Shown here: one piece after another, positions 19,264-24,428 of the stretch
How positions within the stretch are numbered: the first letter of the stretch is position 1
Layout of the letters: every line of letters begins with the position of its first letter
Source of the DNA: a virus
Lineage: Duplodnaviria; Caudoviricetes
Reading direction: 5' to 3' (one strand)
Virus record (IMG/VR): IMGVR_UViG_3300037991_000410
Coordinates: 1 to 24,428 of that record
DNA length: 24,428 bases
The notes under the pieces: generated by a model
What the model saw: the letters and a program-made list of their open reading frames with translations, nothing else
What the model was told of the DNA's origin: nothing
Databases searched by the model: none
Translations under genes and position numbers: made by a program

Positions 19264-19409
19264 TTGCCCACCTTCGCTTGTGCCTTTTTATGGGCTTGAG
19301 TGAAAGTGTCTCCTGCTCTCATTCGCCTTTTCATAAACTCCATGTGCTTTGCACTGTGGTGTTCAGAGTGTTTGCTCAATAAAGTTTTTTGGCGAGGTGT
19401 GAGTTTCAC
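19260..19409 (-). CDS. Small basic His-rich protein (49 aa)
   Basis: Unlisted. MKLTPRQKTLLSKHSEHHSAKHMEFMKRRMRAGDTFTQAHKKAQAKVGK, with GTGA and ATGA overlaps at both ends. Confidence 0.8.
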   Translation of the reverse strand: MKLTPRQKTLLSKHSEHHSAKHMEFMKRRMRAGDTFTQAHKKAQAKVGK

Positions 19410-19528
19410 TTCTTTTTCTTTTTTCTCTTGGATTTAAGTTTTTTAAAGTCAGCACCAGTGATCTTATCCCGTGGTGGGGCTACAGCAGCGAGCTTACGTT
19501 GCTTTGCTGAATAAGATTTTTTGGGCAT
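19406..19528 (-). CDS. Small basic protein (40 aa)
   Basis: Unlisted. MPKKSYSAKQRKLAAVAPPRDKITGADFKKLKSKRKKKKK, TAATG-coupled to the tail tube gene. Confidence 0.8.
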   Translation of the reverse strand: MPKKSYSAKQRKLAAVAPPRDKITGADFKKLKSKRKKKKK

Positions 19529-19944
19529 TAGAGAGCAGCAGTAATGTCTCCGTTAGTTACAAAACTAACTGAAACTGTGTTTAAATCTCCAACAGAAGCA
19601 CTATATGTAGTTCCTGTAATAATTCCGTTAAAACTTACTTTTTTAGTTCCTGATGTATCTAAAAATAAATTAAATGAAGCATCGCCAGAATCTTCGGCAG
19701 TTAATACGTCTGTAATAATTTCAGCAGTATCATCTCCAGATGTTGCTGTGTAAATAAGATCTACAGTACCAGAACCAGATTTTAAAGATCCTACATACTT
19801 TCTGGAGGTGTCTCCATGAGCAGTACACTCAAGAGTGTCTTTGGTTACGTCTAAAGTCCATGAAGTCGTAGAGGCTACTGCGCCTACTGAGCCAGATCCG
19901 TTATCGAATGATACAGAGCCTTCTTCACCACGAAAAAATGCCAT
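19528..19944 (-). CDS. Major tail (tube) protein
   Basis: 138 aa. SWTLDVTKDTLECTAHGDTSRKYVGSLKSGSGTVD...FNGIITG...VSVSFVTNG matches the siphovirus tube fold; no other tube gene is in the window. Confidence 0.8.
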   Translation of the reverse strand: MAFFRGEEGSVSFDNGSGSVGAVASTTSWTLDVTKDTLECTAHGDTSRKYVGSLKSGSGTVDLIYTATSGDDTAEIITDVLTAEDSGDASFNLFLDTSGTKKVSFNGIITGTTYSASVGDLNTVSVSFVTNGDITAAL

Positions 19945-20002
19945 GATTTGCGAAAAATATACTATATAGCACTATATTACCGTGAAACTGCAACTTTTAC
20001 AG

Positions 20003-20257
20003 TTATTTTTTCTTCTTTTTTCGTCTATGTTGATAAGTTATCTTCTTACTGCTCGTTTTTTCACGTTTAAATCGTGCTTTTTCGGCTGCTGACATCTCTC
20101 CAGCAGTCTTAGGTGTCTTACTTGAGACACGTTTACTGGGTCGGCAAGCTGGATAGCCTCGTTTTTCGCCTTTTGAACGGCCACAGGGCTTTCCTGTTTT
20201 TACATCTACCCATTTTTCCTTGAACCAACGGGTTAGACCTCCGCTACTTCTTGCCAC
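20003..20257 (-). CDS. Small basic protein (DUF5872-like, C-terminal half)
   Basis: Likely GTG start at 20257 with GAGG upstream. LTRWFKEKWVD..GKPCGR...YPACRPSKRVS and a poly-K tail. Confidence 0.75.
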   Translation of the reverse strand: MARSSGGLTRWFKEKWVDVKTGKPCGRSKGEKRGYPACRPSKRVSSKTPKTAGEMSAAEKARFKREKTSSKKITYQHRRKKKKK

Positions 20258-20411
20258 GTTTCTTTGCCTCGGTGCGATAAGTGCCACCACGCTTTTTGTA
20301 CTCTCGTACAAGCCATGCGTTAGCGTAAGCAGAGGGGTAAACTTTAAATTTGCGTTTAGCTTCTGCTTTTACCCTAGAGTATAACGCTTTATTTACAGGA
20401 ACATTCGCCAC
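20244..20411 (-). CDS. Small basic protein (55 aa; DUF5872-like, N-terminal half)
   Basis: Unlisted. MANVPVNKALYSRVKAEAKRKFKVYPSAYANAWLVREYKKRGGTYRTEAKKRGKK, with SD GGAGG. Confidence 0.8.
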   Translation of the reverse strand: MANVPVNKALYSRVKAEAKRKFKVYPSAYANAWLVREYKKRGGTYRTEAKKRGKK

Positions 20412-20466
20412 GTTTTTTACCTCCCTTCTTTTTCTTCTTCTTTTTCTTTGTAGTGGAATAATACAT
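20389..20466 (-). CDS. Poly-lysine micropeptide (25 aa)
   Basis: Unlisted. MYYSTTKKKKKKKKGGKKRGECSCK; the K run uses mixed AAG/AAA codons in frame. Confidence 0.6.
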   Translation of the reverse strand: MYYSTTKKKKKKKKGGKKRGECSCK

Positions 20467-20484
20467 AGTGGAAAAAGGAAACTC

Positions 20485-21741
20485 TTAGTATATTCTAAAC
20501 GAAGTTTGGCCTAATGTCTCTGGTTTAGCAAGGTTAAATTGTTGGAGACAGAGATAGCCGAAAGCGTCAAATGCATGGTCAACCCCAAGATTTTTGTTTG
20601 GCATACCTGTGTTTGGAGCGTAAGTGAGGGTGCGGAGAGATTTTATAAGTTCTTTACAGCGTGGGTGGATTAAAGTTCTTCTTTCTCCTGCTGCATCATA
20701 TAGTGCAGTGTTTATTGCGGTTACTTTATCGCGGACTTTCCAGGGAGAACGCGGAGAGGATACTGTGAATCCGCTTCTGCGCAAAATTGTGTGGTCCGTT
20801 GAGCCTACTCCTGATGTTTTTCGGGCTGCACCTGTAGGGTCGGGGCAAGCAACTATACGTCTTTCGACTCCGTAACGATTTGTAACTTCTTCGGCAAAAT
20901 CCCAGGTTGTTGCACCGCCCGTCAAAATTATCTCGTCAAAGACGTAAAGTATGTCTCGGTAGCGTACTGCGCAGATTCCGCAAAGTGGATCTACGTTAAA
21001 ATCGACCCCTAGTAAGAGTGGAGCGATGGATATGTCCTCTGCTTCGCTAGAAATGTTGGAATCTGAAAAGGAGACTGCAACGAGACCAGTGAGATTCTCG
21101 AAACTTGCCTCGAACTCCTGCTTAAATGTTCTGCTATCTAGTTGGGCCTTGGCTGCCTGGACTTCTTCTTCTGGAACATTACCCCCGTCTATTGTTGTGA
21201 AGCTCCAGCGTTTCCAATCACCTGTTTCATCTTCTGGAACGTAACACCATAAATCGTAGAACCATGATGCTGTGCCGTCTGGTGTGGATATGAAAAGTGC
21301 CCAACCTTGTTTATCTGCGAGGGCTGGTCGGATTACTTGGAACCAGACATCGGAATCCATGAAGGCTGCTTCGTCAAGTACTACTCCAGCGAGGCTTCGG
21401 CCACGCAGGGTTGTTGCATTTTCAGTTCCCTTGAGTTCGATTAGCGAGCCATTAATTAGTTCTATTTTTAGATCGGTTTCGTTTTTCGATTGTATCCATT
21501 CTCGTGGAATGAGTTTTTTGATTTCTTTCCATGCAATGTCTTTTGCCATGCGGTAGGTGGGGGCACAGTAGAAGTAGGTTTCTCCAGGGCGGTCTATTGC
21601 TGCTTTTAAAAGCTCTATGCAGGATAAATATGATTTTCCGAATCTTCTACCAGCTACCAGTACCCTAAATCTGTTTTTTGCATTAAACACCTCCCCCTGT
21701 GCCCATCTGAGTGATAATTTTTCGGCTGTATTTACGCTCAT
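20485..21741 (-). CDS. terL: Terminase large subunit
   Basis: Walker A AGRRFGKS, Walker B VVLDEAA, coupling motif ISTP, nuclease GVDFN and DHAFDA. Confidence 0.96.
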   Translation of the reverse strand: MSVNTAEKLSLRWAQGEVFNAKNRFRVLVAGRRFGKSYLSCIELLKAAIDRPGETYFYCAPTYRMAKDIAWKEIKKLIPREWIQSKNETDLKIELINGSLIELKGTENATTLRGRSLAGVVLDEAAFMDSDVWFQVIRPALADKQGWALFISTPDGTASWFYDLWCYVPEDETGDWKRWSFTTIDGGNVPEEEVQAAKAQLDSRTFKQEFEASFENLTGLVAVSFSDSNISSEAEDISIAPLLLGVDFNVDPLCGICAVRYRDILYVFDEIILTGGATTWDFAEEVTNRYGVERRIVACPDPTGAARKTSGVGSTDHTILRRSGFTVSSPRSPWKVRDKVTAINTALYDAAGERRTLIHPRCKELIKSLRTLTYAPNTGMPNKNLGVDHAFDAFGYLCLQQFNLAKPETLGQTSFRIY

Positions 21742-21748
21742 GTAGTAA

Positions 21749-21815
21749 AGAATAGCTTAAATATCGACAAATTTCCGTGTTTTATTCGACTAAACGGTGT
21801 TTTTAGGGTTATTAT
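21749..21815. promoter_or_regulatory. Divergent promoter region for terL and terS
   Basis: Minus strand GC-TATTCT (21749-21756); plus strand GGT-TATTAT (21807-21815); paired TCGAC...GTGTTTT repeats lie between them. Confidence 0.5.
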
Positions 21816-21840
21816 TCAAGTATTAGTATTTATTTAGTCC

Positions 21841-22278
21841 GTGGCTCAAGCATACTATCGACCAGATGTAGACAGTCCTAATGCACCGATGGGTGGGAAG
21901 GTCTGTGGAAAGAGAAATCCAGATTCAGTTATTGAAGCTAGAAGGCATAGATTGTACAAACGTCAGCTTGAGGGCATGACTACACGACAGTTGGTGTTGG
22001 ATCACGCTTCCAAGGAAAATATTGGAGTGGAGACAGCTTGGAGAGATTGGAGACAGGTAAAAGAATGGAACGATCAGGATTGGGAGAAGGACAGAGAAAA
22101 GATGATTGCACGATTGCAGGGTATGAGAATGAGACTTTTCAACCAGGCTGTGAAGAGAGGTCAGCTTCAAACTGCTGCCCAGGTATTAGATTCACTAGGT
22201 AAAGTACTAGGTGAAAGCGAAGAGACTATAAACCTTAACACTCCACAACTATCTATTAGCGTAGAGAAGAAAAAGTAG
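21841..22278 (+). CDS. Probable terminase small subunit (HTH)
   Basis: 145 aa adjacent to terL. HTH-like GMTTRQLV...IGVETAWRDW, helical oligomerisation region ending LDSLGKVLG, beta-like tail ISVE. Confidence 0.6.
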   Translation: MAQAYYRPDVDSPNAPMGGKVCGKRNPDSVIEARRHRLYKRQLEGMTTRQLVLDHASKENIGVETAWRDWRQVKEWNDQDWEKDREKMIARLQGMRMRLFNQAVKRGQLQTAAQVLDSLGKVLGESEETINLNTPQLSISVEKKK

Positions 22279-22312
22279 TATTAGTTCTGGATTTATCAGT
22301 AGGTTCAGGGGT

Positions 22313-22478
22313 GTATAAAAATTTATAAAAAATTTTGCAATATGGCCCCGTGTCCTCTGTGTGTGGAAAACTGCGCGCGGCGCGGTGGATATTGTGCGCC
22401 GTGGATACTGTGCGAAGCTGCAATAAAAAGGGCCCGTTTATTTTTCGGGCCGTGGTGGATACTGCAATAAAAAAAAAA
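22313..22478. repeat. Repeat-rich non-coding region (origin or packaging-site candidate)
   Basis: GTGGATAYTG at 22385, 22401 and 22455; CTGCAATAAAAA twice; TGTGGAAAA at 22362; AT tract at 22314-22340. Confidence 0.6.
22422..22451 (-). terminator. Rho-independent terminator for the right-hand minus-strand genes
   Basis: Minus strand GGCCCG-AAAAATAAA-CGGGCC followed by CTTTTTATT. Confidence 0.65.
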
Positions 22479-22479
22479 T

Positions 22480-22674
22480 TTAATTTCTGTAAATTTGTTC
22501 GCAGTAGTTCGCGCTGTTGCGCTGTGTGCACTGTGCCATAAAGTCCGCGTAATTTGTACTGTGCATTGCGAAAATAAAAGACGCAATAAAAAATACCATA
22601 GTCATTCTGTAAAATTTGCGGTTCGCGGTAGTTGCTGCGCTTCGGCTGTATCTTCTTTTAATTGATTTGTTCAT
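22480..22674 (-). CDS. Small putative membrane protein (64 aa)
   Basis: Basic N-terminus, hydrophobic MTMVFFIASFIFAM, C-x7-C; co-oriented with its neighbours and ends just before the terminator. Confidence 0.5.
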   Translation of the reverse strand: MNKSIKRRYSRSAATTANRKFYRMTMVFFIASFIFAMHSTNYADFMAQCTQRNSANYCEQIYRN

Positions 22675-22713
22675 TTGTGGCGTTGGTATGACGTGAGAAT
22701 GAGAAAACAGTAA

Positions 22714-22923
22714 TTAAATATAATTAACATTGTGATTTTCTATAGGGTGTATCCATTTTTTAAGTTTTGTATAATTTGGATAATTGATTTTTTCCTGGTC
22801 TAATTGTGTTAGTGTTAGCTTTACTGTTTCATCTAATGTTAGATGTGGATACCAGTTAGCAAGATGTTTGAATTTTTTTATAAAAAACTTTTTTTCGTTT
22901 TCGTGTGGTCTTGATAGTGACAT
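22714..22923 (-). CDS. Hypothetical protein (69 aa)
   Basis: SD AGGAG upstream; co-oriented in an apparent operon. Confidence 0.6.
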   Translation of the reverse strand: MSLSRPHENEKKFFIKKFKHLANWYPHLTLDETVKLTLTQLDQEKINYPNYTKLKKWIHPIENHNVNYI

Positions 22924-22940
22924 TGTTTGGAGCTCCTGAA

Positions 22941-23432
22941 TTAATAAGAATAACTGTAAGCAAACTTACTTTTGCAGTAGTTCGGGTTAGTTTTTGGAAT
23001 ATTTACTAAATATCTATTTTTTCTTTCTTGTACATTCCAGCATTTCCAGCCAGTAAATAAAGCATCTTTTCTGTCTTCGGGAATATATAAATATTTATAT
23101 TCTTCTCCCATCAAATCATTAAAAAAGTTGCATTGTATATCGTGTATTATTGGTTGGGTGCTTGGTTCGGGTTGGTCTTTTCTTTTACTGTAGGGTTTCG
23201 GGGTTAATTGGATTTTATTATTTATAGTTGGGTGTTGTTCATCGTTCCAATTATGACTGCAAGCTAGACTTGATAAATCTCCTTTTTTAATTAGGTCTAA
23301 AACTTTTTGTTTTGTATTGTAGTAAGTTAATAAAAAATAACCCGTGTTACTCGGCATACCGTCATAATGACAGTAAATAGATTCTATTGTGTTGTTGTCG
23401 TGTAGGATTCCAATAATTGATCGGGTGGCCAT
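22941..23432 (-). CDS. Conserved phage hypothetical protein (MATRS...YCHxDG family)
   Basis: MATRSIIG...SIYCHYDG.P...G..L...Y...GDLSSL...EEYKYLY, a motif set common in phage early genes. Confidence 0.8.
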   Translation of the reverse strand: MATRSIIGILHDNNTIESIYCHYDGMPSNTGYFLLTYYNTKQKVLDLIKKGDLSSLACSHNWNDEQHPTINNKIQLTPKPYSKRKDQPEPSTQPIIHDIQCNFFNDLMGEEYKYLYIPEDRKDALFTGWKCWNVQERKNRYLVNIPKTNPNYCKSKFAYSYSY

Positions 23433-23462
23433 GGTTGTAAATAAATGATGGTTTACTATTTA

Positions 23463-23490
23463 ATAATAACAGTTTTTTAAGTTAATACAA
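23463..23490 (-). promoter_or_regulatory. Sigma70-like promoter
   Basis: TTGTAT-16 nt-TATTAT with TGn extension, downstream of a terminator and preceded by AT-rich sequence. Confidence 0.5.
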
Positions 23491-23511
23491 TATCACAATA
23501 ATAAATAAGCA

Positions 23512-23546
23512 ATAAAAAAGACCTGAAGTTTTTGAGCTCCAGGTCT
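23512..23546 (-). terminator. Rho-independent terminator
   Basis: Minus strand AGACCTGGAG...CTTCAGGTCT followed by TTTTTATT. Confidence 0.8.
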
Positions 23547-23564
23547 AACAATAGTTTCTACAGT

Positions 23565-24428
23565 CTAGGCTGTTAATAATAATTCCTTACTTCTATTTAT
23601 AATATTTTTTGAGGATTTATAAAGACAATTTTCTAGTCGTATTCTTGCTCTTTCGCTCTCGTCTTTTATGTTACTTGCTCCTTGTTCGTGACATAAATAA
23701 CTAGTTACTGCATTGTGTAAATTATACGCATTACTTGAGTTATGTATATTATTTTCTTTTCTGAAGTTATCCATTATTGGTTTATATTGGACTAAATCAT
23801 TTACAGTTTTTTCTCTAGTAGTTTTCAAAACTCTATGTGTACAAACTTTTTTATTTTGCCATTCATTTTTGAATAAGTCTTTTAATATCTCGTGCGCTTG
23901 TTCTTCTTTAATTTCTTTTCTTACCATATATTTGTACTCTTCGATACTCTGTTTAAAAGTATGCTTATTGAAGTCAATCACTCTAGGTAGTCGGTCCACT
24001 AATGCAGTGATATTTTTTGTGTGCTTAAAGCTTAAGTTTTCGCTGCTTTTGACTTGCGCCATTTGGTTAAAACAAAACATACGGAAGTCCAGAAGTGCCA
24101 AAGTGAACCCTACGCTAGAGTCCATGCTAGTAATAAATGTACAGCGTCTTTTTATCGGGTCGTCTTTTCTAACGTCTCCAATACATTCTTTTATATATGT
24201 ATTAATTACAAATCTTTTGCTATCAATATTCATAATAGATTCTATTGCTAGTGAATCCCTGCATGATTCAATAACATTTTTAATTTTATCTAGTTGTAAA
24301 ATTGTGTAATCGTTTTTGGGAATATTTAGCAGTTGTCCCGTGCTGTTGTTTATTATTCCTTGATACTCGGTTACTTCCTGAAGTACTTTGTTTTGATCTT
24401 GGTAAAATAGTTTAGTTGGTTTTGCTTG
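23565..24428 (-). CDS. DUF932-like protein (5' end outside the window)
   Basis: The frame stays open 65 codons upstream of 24233 to the window edge (NSTGQLLNIPKNDYTILQ). Motifs TSMDSS, RMFCFNQM, FKHT and AYNLHNAVTSYLCH. Confidence 0.75.
   Translation of the reverse strand, partial: QAKPTKLFYQDQNKVLQEVTEYQGIINNSTGQLLNIPKNDYTILQLDKIKNVIESCRDSLAIESIMNIDSKRFVINTYIKECIGDVRKDDPIKRRCTFITSMDSSVGFTLALLDFRMFCFNQMAQVKSSENLSFKHTKNITALVDRLPRVIDFNKHTFKQSIEEYKYMVRKEIKEEQAHEILKDLFKNEWQNKKVCTHRVLKTTREKTVNDLVQYKPIMDNFRKENNIHNSSNAYNLHNAVTSYLCHEQGASNIKDESERARIRLENCLYKSSKNIINRSKELLLTA

Noticed and set aside
20258-20311. Longer start for the 20003 ORF as given in the track
   Set aside because: It overlaps the 55-aa gene, and the GTG at 20257 has an SD-like GAGG and starts at the conserved region.
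1318-21556. Numerous plus-strand ORFs in the track (e.g. 1594..1941, 6286..6615, 10525..10836, 18971..19303)
   Set aside because: They are antisense shadows of well-supported minus-strand genes and carry no recognisable motifs.
22380-22480. Mini CRISPR array
   Set aside because: The repeats are only 10-14 bp with irregular, very short spacing.
21925-22586. ORFs 21925..22170, 22256..22531, 22323..22586 and 22335..22541
   Set aside because: They are antisense to the terS candidate or run through the repeat/terminator region without convincing starts.
23713-24309. 198-aa plus-strand ORF
   Set aside because: It lies fully antisense to the DUF932-like gene, and its Leu/Phe/Ile bias reflects the A-rich coding strand.

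Overview
Tailed-phage (siphovirus-type) DNA carrying a near-complete virion morphogenesis module on the minus strand. From right to left it reads: terminase large subunit; three tiny basic proteins; a displaced major tail (tube) gene; three more basic proteins; portal; small protein; scaffold; major capsid; head-tail joining genes; tail chaperone with a frameshift extension; tape measure; lambda-like M/L/K/I/J tail tip; and a chain of fibre/adaptor proteins ending in a LamG-like protein cut by the window edge. A probable small terminase is transcribed divergently on the plus strand. It is followed by a repeat-rich non-coding stretch (origin or pac candidate) and AT-rich minus-strand hypothetical genes, including a DUF932-like gene. 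Gene style and -10-only promoters suggest a marine, possibly cyanobacterial, host (inference). The most notable points are: a +1 (not -1) G/GT frameshift; a cassette of six Lys/Arg-rich mini-proteins around the relocated tail tube gene; twin CUGUG-capped hairpins in the capsid leader; a -10-like hexamer in most intergenic gaps; a gpL lacking its Fe-S cysteines; and a plug-and-socket fibre architecture. Family names are from motif recall, not database searches.
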